From positions 1 to 46,899 of the forward strand of contig DATKZB010000134.1 of NCBI GenBank assembly GCA_035528235.1: a DNA stretch of 46,899 bases, in the 5' to 3' direction. Positions 26,014 through 34,059 of the stretch are shown here, piece by piece; position 1 is the stretch's first letter, and each line of letters starts with the position of its first letter. Under the pieces are notes generated by a model that saw only the letters and a program-made list of their open reading frames with translations, was not told the origin of the DNA and made no database searches. The stretch is from Phycisphaerae bacterium. Lineage in GTDB: Bacteria > Planctomycetota > Phycisphaerae > FEN-1346. The position numbers and the translations under genes are program-made.

Positions 26014-26261
26014 TTGAGGCACTCAAAAGCGACGACGTCGTCAACAAAGCGGGCGGACGGTTCAAACTGGCCTCCCTCGTCCAGAAGCGGCTCGTCGACG
26101 TGACGTTGGGCGCGCCCCTGCTGGTCGAGCGAGGCAACATGACGCTGATGGAGGCCGTCGTCCAGGAGGTCCTCGAGGGCAAAATCACCCTGGAACCGCG
26201 CGAGACGGGCGCCGCGGCGGCCAAGGGACAAGAGGGCCTCCCCGGCGAGGAAGACAAGTAG
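26010..26261 (+). CDS. rpoZ: DNA-directed RNA polymerase omega subunit (start uncertain: GTG 26010 or upstream ATG 25983)
   Basis: The sequence IEALKSDDVVNKAGGRFKLASLVQKRLVDV...MEAVVQEVLEGKI is omega-like, and the gene follows gmk in the conserved order. The GTG at 26010 overlaps the gmk stop (GTGA). Confidence 0.7.
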   Translation: MIEALKSDDVVNKAGGRFKLASLVQKRLVDVTLGAPLLVERGNMTLMEAVVQEVLEGKITLEPRETGAAAAKGQEGLPGEEDK

Positions 26262-26358
26262 ACGTGATCCGCGGTGCCGGCCTGGCGGACCGGGCATCCT
26301 GGCCCCGCCCGGACGACCCAGGCATGGCAGCCGCCACCGCTGCGCGGAGCCTTCGGCA

Positions 26359-26952
26359 ATGACAACGCCCCAACCCGAATCCAAGACCCTGGCCGGCCGC
26401 GAGGTCCTCGTCGGCGTCACGGGCGGCATTGCGGCCTACAAGACCGCGACGCTCGTCTCGCGCCTCGTCCAGGCCGGCGCCGCCGTCACGGTCGTCATGA
26501 CCGAGGCCGCCAAGCGGTTCGTCGGCCCGCTGACGTTTCAGACGCTCTCCGGCCGACCGGTTTACTCGGACCTGTGGGCGCCGCCCGAGTCGGTCCGGGC
26601 CGACCACGTCGGCCTGGCCCAGGCGGCCGAACTGGTGGTGGTCGCCCCGGCGACGGCCAACCTCCTCGGCCAACTCGCCCACGGCATCGCCGACGATTTG
26701 CTCTCGACCCTGCTGTTGGCCGTCGACGCCCCCGTCATCGTGGCGCCGGCCATGAACGAGCGGATGTGGCGGCACCCGGCCGTCCAGGCGAACTGCGAGA
26801 CACTACGGTCGCGCGGCATACGGTTCGTCGGACCGGCCCAGGGGCACCTGGCCTGCGGCACCGTCGGCGAAGGCCGCATGGCCGAACCCCAAGACATCCT
26901 GGCGTCCGTCGCCCGCCTCCTGGGCGAGACGCCACGCAAAACCAAGCCGTGA
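26359..26952 (+). CDS. coaC: Phosphopantothenoylcysteine decarboxylase (flavoprotein, stand-alone CoaC)
   Basis: The motifs are VLVGVTGGIAAYKTATLVSRL, APATANLLGQLAHGIADDLLST and PAMNERMW. The protein ends 26 codon-lengths before coaB and is in a different frame. Confidence 0.85.
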   Translation: MTTPQPESKTLAGREVLVGVTGGIAAYKTATLVSRLVQAGAAVTVVMTEAAKRFVGPLTFQTLSGRPVYSDLWAPPESVRADHVGLAQAAELVVVAPATANLLGQLAHGIADDLLSTLLLAVDAPVIVAPAMNERMWRHPAVQANCETLRSRGIRFVGPAQGHLACGTVGEGRMAEPQDILASVARLLGETPRKTKP

Positions 26953-27029
26953 GCCACGCACAACGCCGGCGCCGCGGCCGCACGATGGCCGGCGATGATC
27001 ATCCGGACCTCCCCGATCGAGGAGTTCGC

Positions 27030-27662
27030 ATGCGCATTCTCATCACCGCCGGACCCACGCGCGAGTACCTGGACCCCGTGCGGTACATCTCGAACGCATC
27101 GAGCGGGCGTATCGGGGTCGCTCTGGCGGCCGCCGCCAAGGCCCAGGGGCACCACGTCACCCTCATCCTGGGGCCGACCCACCTCGAACCGCCCGAGGTC
27201 GACGACCTCGTCCGCGTGACGAGCGCCGCCGACATGTTCGAGGCCACGGTCGCCCGGTTCGACGGGTGCGAGGTTTTCATCGCCGCGGCCGCCGTCGCCG
27301 ACTTCCGGCCCGTCGGGCGCGAGCAGCACAAGATCAAGAAACGGCCCGGACGCATCAGCATCGAACTCGAAGCCACCGCCGACATCCTCGGCAGCATGGG
27401 CCGACGCCGGCGGCGCGGCCAGGTCCTCGTGGGATTCTGCCTGGAAACGACGGACCTGGAACGCCGGGCACGCGGCAAACTGGAGGCCAAGGGGCTCGAC
27501 CTGGTCGTCGCCAACTCGGCCGACGCCATCGACGCCCCGCGCCAGGACGCACTCATCCTGACACCCGGCGGACGCACCGAGACCCTCACCCAGGTCACCA
27601 AAGAGGAACTCGCCGACCGCGTCCTGGCCGCCGCCATGGCCGTCAAGGGCGCCAGACGCTGA
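27030..27662 (+). CDS. coaB: Phosphopantothenate-cysteine ligase (stand-alone CoaB)
   Basis: The N-terminus is MRILITAGPTREYLDPVRYISNASSGRIG. The motifs AAAVADFRP and KIKK are present. GAGGAG lies 7 nt upstream of the ATG. Confidence 0.85.
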   Translation: MRILITAGPTREYLDPVRYISNASSGRIGVALAAAAKAQGHHVTLILGPTHLEPPEVDDLVRVTSAADMFEATVARFDGCEVFIAAAAVADFRPVGREQHKIKKRPGRISIELEATADILGSMGRRRRRGQVLVGFCLETTDLERRARGKLEAKGLDLVVANSADAIDAPRQDALILTPGGRTETLTQVTKEELADRVLAAAMAVKGARR

Positions 27663-27668
27663 CGCCCA

Positions 27669-27728
27669 AGGCCGCGCCTCGCGGCCGCGGCCATGTGTTT
27701 GCGCGGCGGGTCCCCGTACCCGCCGCGC
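27669..27728. terminator. Hairpin pair between convergent coaB and the small Cys-rich gene (possible bidirectional terminator; the second hairpin is a REP copy)
   Basis: GGCCGCG-CCT-CGCGGCC was read at about 27670-27686. GCGCGGCGGGTCCCCGTACCCGCCGCGC was read at 27701-27728. No clear U-tract is present. Confidence 0.35.
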
Positions 27729-27758
27729 GGCATAAAGGAGCGACGTAACGTCGCGGGC

Positions 27759-27998
27759 CTACGCGGACCCCTCGCAGTCGCAGCCGGTGTCGCACTTCGA
27801 CGGGGCGGCCGGCGGCTCGGCCCCGCAGCACGGTTTCTTCTTCGTCGCGCGGTCCAGCAGGTTGATCTCGGCGTCCACGACGCTCCGCAGTGCGAGCAGG
27901 AACTCCCGCCCGGCGCCCACCGCGTGGTCCTTCGCGGGAGCGAACTCCGCCATAATCGTCCCGAGGGCCTCGCGGGCCTTCTTCACGTGATCCGCCAT
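27759..27998 (-). CDS. Small hypothetical protein (79 aa) with helical N-terminal part and Cys-rich C-terminal tail
   Basis: A strong SD (AAGGAGGA) lies 6 nt upstream of the ATG. Codon third positions are GC-rich like the neighbouring genes. The gene has its own promoter candidate. The tail KKKPCCGAEPPAAPSKCDTGCDCEGSA has 5 Cys in its last 23 residues. Confidence 0.7.
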   Translation of the reverse strand: MADHVKKAREALGTIMAEFAPAKDHAVGAGREFLLALRSVVDAEINLLDRATKKKPCCGAEPPAAPSKCDTGCDCEGSA

Positions 27999-28040
27999 GG
28001 TGCTTCCTCCTTGTGGTTTGTGCTACCGCGTCCGACCATC

Positions 28041-28069
28041 AGCATAGCGTGCGGGGCGGCAGGGGTCAA
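28041..28069 (-). promoter_or_regulatory. Sigma70-like promoter candidate TTGACC-17 nt-TATGCT for the small Cys-rich gene
   Basis: On the minus strand the -35 hexamer is at 28069-28064 and the -10 hexamer at 28046-28041. The spacer is exactly 17 nt. Confidence 0.45.
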
Positions 28070-28084
28070 CCGCAACCCACATCG

Positions 28085-28113
28085 TTGCGGCGGCGGGGCC
28101 GTGCCGCTACGAT
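28085..28113 (+). promoter_or_regulatory. Weaker promoter candidate TTGCGG-17 nt-TACGAT for the FAD protein gene (ATG 8 nt after the -10 hexamer)
   Basis: The hexamers are at 28085-28090 and 28108-28113. The ATG is at 28122 with no SD. Confidence 0.3.
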
Positions 28114-28121
28114 GCACCCTC

Positions 28122-29390
28122 ATGGAATCCTCCGCAATCGGCAGCGAGGCGGCCGACGTGGCGGTCGTCGGCGCCGGGCCGGCCGGCCTGATGGCCGCCA
28201 TCACCGCGGCCCAGGGCGGACGCCGCGTCCTGGTGCTCGAACAACTCCAGGTCCCCGGCCGCAAACTCCTCGCCACCGGCGGCGGACGGTGCAACCTCGC
28301 CAACACGCTCCCCCCCGAGGAGTTCATGGCCCGCTTCGGGCGACAGGGCCGGTTCATGCAGCCCGCGCTCGCGGCCATGGACGGCGACGGCCTGCGCCGG
28401 TTCTTCGACGCCTTGGGCGTGCCCACCCACGCGCCCGACGGCTTGCACGTCTACCCCGTCAGCGAGAAGGCCGCCGACGTTCTGGACGCCCTGCGGCGGC
28501 GGATGAAGACGCTCGGCGGCGTCGTCCGCGCACGGGTCCGCGTGACCGGCCTCGCCATCGGCAACGGCACGCTCCAGGGTCTGGAGACCGACGGCGGCCC
28601 CGTTGCTGCGCGGCACGTCGTCGTGGCGACGGGCGGGCGCGGCTACCCCGCCCTCGGCGCCACCGGCACAGGATACGCCCTCGCCCGGCAGGCGGGGCAC
28701 TCGATGGTCGAGCCGACGCCGGCCCTCGTGCCGCTGGTGACGCGGGAAACGTGGCCGGCCGAGTGCGCGGGCGTCGCGCTGCCGGCCGCCCGGGTCCGCA
28801 TCGACCTGCCCAGACAGGCGAAGGCGGGCCGGACGGGCGACGTCCTCCTGACGCACACGGGCCTCTCGGGCCCGGCGGTGCTCGACCTCTCGGGCGACGT
28901 GGCGGCGATGCTCGCACACCGGCCGACGGTGCCGCTTCGCCTCGACCTTGTGCCGGGAACCACCCACCAGGAGTGGATCCGGCGGTTCGACCGCTGGCAG
29001 GAATCGGACGGGGCCAGGACCCTCGGCACGCTGCTCGGCCGGCACGTGCCACGGTCGTTGGCCAAAGTGCTCTGCCGGCTGGCGGGCATCGACCCCGGCT
29101 GGCGGCCGGGGCGGCTGACGCGGCCGCTCCGCCGCACGCTTGCCGACCTCCTGACCGCCCTGCCCCTGACCGTCACGGGCACCGAGGGTTGGGACCGCGC
29201 CATGGTGACGCGCGGCGGGGTGGCGCTGAAGGAGGTCGACCCGGCGACGCTCGGGAGCCGCCGCCTGCCGGGTCTCGCCTTCGCGGGCGAAATCCTGGAC
29301 CTCGACGGACCCAGCGGCGGGTTCAACCTTCAGTGGGCCTTCGCAAGCGGGCACCTGGCCGGCCGGTCCATGGTCGCCGGAGCAATTTGA
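28122..29390 (+). CDS. HI0933/YhiN-family FAD-dependent oxidoreductase (aminoacetone-oxidase-like flavoprotein)
   Basis: The dinucleotide-binding motif is DVAVVGAGPAGLMAAITAAQGG. The family motifs KLLATGGGRCNLAN, VVVATGGRGYPALGATGTGY and FAGEILDLDGPSGGFNLQWAFASG are present. Confidence 0.85.
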   Translation: MESSAIGSEAADVAVVGAGPAGLMAAITAAQGGRRVLVLEQLQVPGRKLLATGGGRCNLANTLPPEEFMARFGRQGRFMQPALAAMDGDGLRRFFDALGVPTHAPDGLHVYPVSEKAADVLDALRRRMKTLGGVVRARVRVTGLAIGNGTLQGLETDGGPVAARHVVVATGGRGYPALGATGTGYALARQAGHSMVEPTPALVPLVTRETWPAECAGVALPAARVRIDLPRQAKAGRTGDVLLTHTGLSGPAVLDLSGDVAAMLAHRPTVPLRLDLVPGTTHQEWIRRFDRWQESDGARTLGTLLGRHVPRSLAKVLCRLAGIDPGWRPGRLTRPLRRTLADLLTALPLTVTGTEGWDRAMVTRGGVALKEVDPATLGSRRLPGLAFAGEILDLDGPSGGFNLQWAFASGHLAGRSMVAGAI

Positions 29391-29402
29391 GATTGCGTGT
29401 CT

Positions 29403-29480
29403 GCGCGGCGGGTCCCCGCACCCGCCGCGCTGGGCGTCCGACTGCGGGTCGGCGCGGTGGGTACGGGGACCCACCGCGCC
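29403..29480. repeat. Two inverted copies of the hairpin repeat GCGCGGCGGGTCCCCG(C/T)ACCCGCCGCGC
   Basis: The copies are at 29403-29430 and, in inverted orientation, at 29451-29480. The same element occurs at 27701-27728. Confidence 0.7.
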
Positions 29481-29531
29481 CAAGGGATGTGAATACGCAA
29501 TCTTGAGAGCCGGTAGCGGGAGGTCACAGCC

Positions 29532-31709
29532 ATGAAAGCAACCGGACTGCTTGCAGCCGTGGTGCTGGTCGCGTGGTCGGCCGGCACGGCCGCCGGCGCC
29601 GGCCTGGACGTCGCGGCGTCCCAGAACACGAAGACGGTCCCGCGGTGGGACATCTTCGAGGTCACCTTGCGGCACGACGGCGCGGTCAAGGACCCGTTTG
29701 CCGACGTGACGATCGAGGTCGTGTTCACGTCGCCCGGCGGCCGGGCGTACACGGTGGGCGGATTCCACTATGGCTCGACCACGCCGACCCAGATTCGCCG
29801 CAAGGAGATGCCGGCCGGCCACCAGGGCCGCCGCGTCGAGGTCGAGTACGTCCTGGGCAAGCCGAATCTGTGGAAGGCCCGTTTCGCACCCAACGAGGTC
29901 GGCCGCTGGACCTACGCCTGGACGTTCGCCGACGCCACGGGCAACCAGGCCGCCGGCCGGGGCGCGGTCGAGTGCATCCAGGGCCGCCGCCCCCTGCACG
30001 GTTTCGTCCGCCAGGACCCCCGGAGCCCCATGCGATGGGTCTTTGACGACGGCACGCCGTACCACCCCATCGGGCTGCAGGACGGCTGGTTCGACAACCC
30101 GGGCGTGGGGTCGGTGCTGTCGCAGGCGTCGCTGGAGGGTCCGTTCCGGACCGACCGCAAGGACCTGGCCGCCTCGCCGGCGGGGGCGCTTTTTCGGCGT
30201 GGCCCGGCCCCGAACCCGCAGAACGCCGACGCGCAGTTCCGCCGCTTTGCCGCCTGCGGCTTCAACATGATGCGGTTCAGCCAGCACAACTTCTCGTACA
30301 CCATCTCGCACAACCTCGACCATGTCGGCACGCACGAGAGCGTGATGACCGACGAGCTCCTGGCCCGCATGCGGGCCTACGGCCTGCGCGTCTTCTACGG
30401 CATCTTCGGATACATGAAGGTCGCCAACGACCATCCGGACGACGCCGAGGCGATGGCGAAAGTCAAACGCCAGATCAAGTACCACGTCGACCGCTGGGGC
30501 GCCTACGTCGACTTCTGGGAGTTCCTGAACGAGCAGAACGCCAAGGACGAGTGGTACGCCCAGATGGCCCCGTACCTGAAGTCCATCGACCCGTACCACC
30601 ATCCCGTGACCACCAGTTGGGAACGGCCGCACCTGAAGGACATCGACCTGTCGGCCCCGCACGCGTACCTGGGCCTGGGCGAGGACGGCGCCGCCGGCGG
30701 CATGGCCGGGATGTGCACGGGCTGGAAGAAGCCCGGCAAACCCGTCATCGTGGGCGAGACCGGCAACGTCGTCGACGCCAAGCGCATGGGCGAGTTGGCC
30801 GCCAAGGGCATCGGCGGCGTCTGGGACCCGGGGTCGGCCCTGCGGATGCGACTCCGAAACTGGGCCGCCTTCTTCAACGAGGTCTCGCTCGTCTTCTGGA
30901 ACACCAGTTACGCCCGCGACGGGCACTTCATGAACATCTGGCTGGGGCCCCGGGAACGCGAGTACGTCCGGGCCATGCAGTCGTTCGCCTACGCCCTGGG
31001 CGCGGGCCTGCGGATGGTGCCCGTGGAGGTGACCCCGCACGCCGACGCCCGGGCCTGGGGCCTGGCCAACGACCGCCGGGCCGGCGTCTACCTCGAACAC
31101 CCGAAGGACCACGCGACCCCCCTGGAGGGCATCAAGGTAACGCTCGACGTGCCCTGCCCCGCCAAGGCGTACTGGTACTCGCCCGAGACGGCGGCCATCC
31201 TGGCGACGACCGACGCCCCGTCCGGCCGGCACACGTTCGCGGCCCCGGCGTTCGCGATCGACCTGGCGCTGCTCATCACGCCCGACTCACCGCCCGACGT
31301 CGACGGCGACGGCATCCCCAACGATCGCGACCCGGACGACGACAACGACGGCACGCCCGACGCCAAGGACGCCTTTCCGCTCGACCCGTCGGAATGGGCC
31401 GACGCCGACGGCGACCTCATCGGCGATAACATCGATGCCGACGTCGACGCCGACGGCAAGGGCGACGACCGCAACGGCAACGGCACGCCCGATTGCGAGG
31501 AACTCGACATCGACGGCGACGGCGTGCCGCGCTCGGGCGCCGTGCCGTGGGACGCCTTCCCCCTGGACCCCAAGGAGTGCCGCGACACCGACGGCGACGG
31601 CACGGGCGACAACGCCGACACCGACGACGATGGCGACGGCTGGACCGACGACGAGGAGAAGACGGCCGGCACCGACCCGCTGGACCGGCTGAGTTTCCCC
31701 GCGAAGTAA
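29532..31709 (+). CDS. Secreted glycoside-hydrolase-like protein (DUF5060-like N-terminal beta domain plus TIM-barrel-like core) with C-terminal thrombospondin type-3 Ca-binding repeats
   Basis: The signal peptide is MKATGLLAAVVLVAWSAGTAAGAG. WDIFEVTL...DPFADVTIEVVFTSPGGRAYTVGGFHYG resembles DUF5060. The C-terminal 130 aa consist of DxDxDGxxDxxD-type repeats (DVDGDGIPNDRDPDDDNDGTPD, DTDGDGTGDNADTDDDGDGWTDD). The catalytic assignment is tentative. Confidence 0.6.
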   Translation: MKATGLLAAVVLVAWSAGTAAGAGLDVAASQNTKTVPRWDIFEVTLRHDGAVKDPFADVTIEVVFTSPGGRAYTVGGFHYGSTTPTQIRRKEMPAGHQGRRVEVEYVLGKPNLWKARFAPNEVGRWTYAWTFADATGNQAAGRGAVECIQGRRPLHGFVRQDPRSPMRWVFDDGTPYHPIGLQDGWFDNPGVGSVLSQASLEGPFRTDRKDLAASPAGALFRRGPAPNPQNADAQFRRFAACGFNMMRFSQHNFSYTISHNLDHVGTHESVMTDELLARMRAYGLRVFYGIFGYMKVANDHPDDAEAMAKVKRQIKYHVDRWGAYVDFWEFLNEQNAKDEWYAQMAPYLKSIDPYHHPVTTSWERPHLKDIDLSAPHAYLGLGEDGAAGGMAGMCTGWKKPGKPVIVGETGNVVDAKRMGELAAKGIGGVWDPGSALRMRLRNWAAFFNEVSLVFWNTSYARDGHFMNIWLGPREREYVRAMQSFAYALGAGLRMVPVEVTPHADARAWGLANDRRAGVYLEHPKDHATPLEGIKVTLDVPCPAKAYWYSPETAAILATTDAPSGRHTFAAPAFAIDLALLITPDSPPDVDGDGIPNDRDPDDDNDGTPDAKDAFPLDPSEWADADGDLIGDNIDADVDADGKGDDRNGNGTPDCEELDIDGDGVPRSGAVPWDAFPLDPKECRDTDGDGTGDNADTDDDGDGWTDDEEKTAGTDPLDRLSFPAK

Positions 31710-31750
31710 GGCGGCGTTCGGCCCTCGCCGGTACGGCGACGCAAATCCGC

Positions 31751-31859
31751 GTTTAGCCGTCGCCGGCACGGCGACGAGGCTGGGCGCAAGTTCCCGCGGC
31801 CGTACCGGCCGCGGCTAAACGGTCGCGCGCCACGTTTAGCCGTCGCCGGTACGGCGACG
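31751..31859. repeat. Three GTTTAGCC hairpin repeats (direct, inverted variant, direct)
   Basis: GTTTAGCCGTCGCCGGCACGGCGACG is at 31751-31776. An inverted variant is at 31795-31822. GTTTAGCCGTCGCCGGTACGGCGACG is at 31834-31859. Confidence 0.75.
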
Positions 31860-31861
31860 GG

Positions 31862-33124
31862 TCGAAGACCGGCCCCTGGGACCTGGCGACCGCCCTGGCC
31901 CAGCCGGCCGCCGTCCGGCCGGGCGACACCCTCTGGCTGCTGGGCGGGACGTACCGGGGCATCTTCACGGCGCGCCTCAAGGGCACGGCCGAGGCCCCCG
32001 TCACGCTCCGCCAGGCGCCGGGCGAGCGGGCCACCGTCGACTGTGTCGCGGCCGACGGGAAACTGGGTCTCTTCACCGTCGAGGGCGAGCACGCCCGGTA
32101 CTGGGGCTTCGAGGTCACCTGCTCCGGCACCGACCGGTGGGCCGACGACAAGGGCTCGCATCCGGCGGAGTCGGCGCGCGGCGGGGTGAACGCCATGGGC
32201 GGCCACCTGGCCTTCATCAACCTGGTGGTGCACGACGGCTCGAACGGGTTCGGGTGGTGGTCGAGCGGCGAGGGCGGCGAACTCTACGGATGCATTATCT
32301 ATAATAATGGATGGGACGCGCCCGACCGCGGACACGGCCACGCCATCTACGCCCAGAACAGGACGGGCACCAAGCGCATCGTCGATTGCGTGCTGTTCAA
32401 CCAGTTCTGTTACGGCATCCACGCGTACGGGTCGAGCCGGGCCTTCATCAACGGGTTCCACCTGGAGGGCAACGCCAGTTTCAACAACGGGGCCGCCAAG
32501 AGCGCCCAGAGCCTCGCCCCGGGCATCCTGGTGGGCGGCGGAAGCCCCTCGGAACGGATCGTCGTGCGAGACAACTTCACCTACTCCACCGGCCACCGCG
32601 CCACGGCCCTGCAACTCGGGTACGGGGCCGACAACAAGGACGCCGTCGTCACGGGCAACTACTTCGTGGGGCCGTCGACCCTGACGAAGTGGGAGCGGCT
32701 CGAGGTGACGGGCAACACGTTCATCGCGCCCGACGGACCCGTGGGCGTCGGTCCGCCGCCCGAGGGCCTCGACCTGGCGGCATCGAACACGCTCATCCGG
32801 GGCCGGCCCACGGGCACGAAAGTCTTCGTCCGCCCCAACCGGTACGAACCCGGCCGGGCCCACGTCATCGTGTACAACTGGGACCGCCGGAGCGAAGTCG
32901 AGGTCAACCTCGAAGGTCTCCTGAAGACGGGGGCCGCGTACCGCCTCGTCAGCGCCCAGGATTTCTTCGGCAACCCCATTGTCGCAGGTCGATACGACGG
33001 CAAACCCGTGCGCGTGCCGATGACCGAGTATCGGGCGCCGGCGCCCGTGGGCAAACCCGACTACGTGCCGCCCGCCACGGGGCCGGAGTTCAACGTGTTC
33101 GTCGTCCTGCCGCAGGCGCCGTGA
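31862..33124 (+). pseudogene. Right-handed parallel beta-helix protein lacking its 5' end (no start codon or signal peptide for the first ~108 in-frame codons)
   Basis: The frame is open from 31757. From 31862 it reads protein-like sequence: SKTGPWDLATALAQPAAVRPGDTLWLLGGTYRGIFT...VTLRQAPGERATV. The first ATG is at 32186 (GTG at 32177), which is in the middle of the domain. The sequence immediately upstream is the repeat array. Beta-helix motifs include NNGWDAPDRGHGHAIYAQN and CYGIHAYGSS. Confidence 0.55.
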
Positions 33125-33313
33125 CGAGGAGACCCGGGCCCGCCGCGCCGCCGCACGAAGGCTCCGTCTGAAGACGGGTCTTGCGGGTAGCCGCCCTCGG
33201 GCCCGGTGCTTTCCTGCAATAACCCCGACCACCCCCGCGTTCAGACTGGCGCCATCGCAGGAGCACGTGGGTCGAAGGGACCCGCGTCCGAAGCGAAACA
33301 AAAGGAGAGAGAC

Positions 33314-33769
33314 ATGAAGCGGTTAACGATCGTTGGTCTTCTGGTGCTGTTGGTCGCGGTACCCGCCATGGTGGTCTTCGGGCAGGACAATCCGGGCGAG
33401 GGCCGTCCGCCTCCCCCGCCGCGCGGGATGAGAGACCGGCCCGACGGCGAAGGGCCGGGAAGAGGCCCGCCCCCGATGCCGCCGATTCCGCCCGAAAAAC
33501 GCGAGCAACTCGAGCCCGCCGTGCGGGCGTTCACCGAGGCGCTGGCGACGTTCCACCGCGCGGCCGTCGAGGTTCTGGGGCCGCGCCTGGGCACCCGGTT
33601 CACGATGCACGTCATCAGCCGGTTCATGGAAGCGAATCGGCCCAAGCCGCCGGAGGGCGAAAAGCCCGATGGCCCGCCGCCCCAGGGCGAAGGCCCGAGA
33701 GGCCCAAGGCCGCCGAGGGGCGAAGGCCCGAGAGGCCCGAGACCCCCCAGGGGCGGGGGCAACCTGTAA
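33314..33769 (+). CDS. Small secreted Pro/Gly/Arg-rich protein with central helical segment
   Basis: AAAGGAGAGA lies upstream of the ATG. The signal peptide is MKRLTIVGLLVLLVAVPAMVVFG. The C-terminus has a tandem GEGPRGPRPPRG repeat, encoded by a 33-bp DNA repeat at about 33686-33755. Confidence 0.7.
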   Translation: MKRLTIVGLLVLLVAVPAMVVFGQDNPGEGRPPPPPRGMRDRPDGEGPGRGPPPMPPIPPEKREQLEPAVRAFTEALATFHRAAVEVLGPRLGTRFTMHVISRFMEANRPKPPEGEKPDGPPPQGEGPRGPRPPRGEGPRGPRPPRGGGNL

Positions 33770-33820
33770 CGGCGCGGCCAGGCGCGAGTCCTGGAAACTG
33801 TCTGAACACTCAGAGTGACG

Positions 33821-33846
33821 CGCGGCGGCCTTCCCAGGCCGCCGCG
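33821..33846. repeat. GGCC-TTCCCA-GGCC family hairpin
   Basis: The sequence CGCGGCGGCC TTCCCA GGCCGCCGCG was read directly. Confidence 0.65.
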
Positions 33847-33900
33847 TTGTCTTTGCGAAACAGACGCGGGCGGCCCGGCGAGGCCGCTCGCCGCGCAGTC

Positions 33901-34049
33901 CTGGTGCTATTTCGTCAACGCGGTGTGGGCTCCTTTGGACCCCGCGCGGTGGCCTTCCCAGGCCACCGCGAATTGACGCAGAGCAACCTGTCGCGGCGGC
34001 CTAGGAAGGCCGCCGCGCACGGTGACGACGAGTTACAGAGTAGCGCTAG
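33901..34049. mobile_element. MITE-like non-coding repeat, copy 2
   Basis: The interior is nearly identical to 1655-1805 (GCGCGGTGGCCTTCC(T/C)AGGCCACCGCGA(G/A)TTG(G/A)CGCAG(G/A)GCAACCTGTCGCGGCGGCCTAGGAAGGCCGCCGCGCACGG). The terminal inverted repeats are more degenerate. It abuts the moeB/thiF stop. Confidence 0.6.
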
Positions 34050-34059
34050 ATGGGTTGCT

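Noticed and set aside
26274-27662. 462-aa ORF that would represent a fused CoaBC
   Set aside because: Only the last 210 codons (from 27030) look like CoaB. The N-terminal 250 codons are Arg/Pro/Gly-rich and overlap coaC in another frame, and coaC has the true flavoprotein motifs.
28107-31232. 1041-aa minus-strand ORF spanning the FAD protein and GH-like genes
   Set aside because: It crosses an intergenic repeat region and two well-supported plus-strand genes. Its composition is that of a typical GC shadow ORF.
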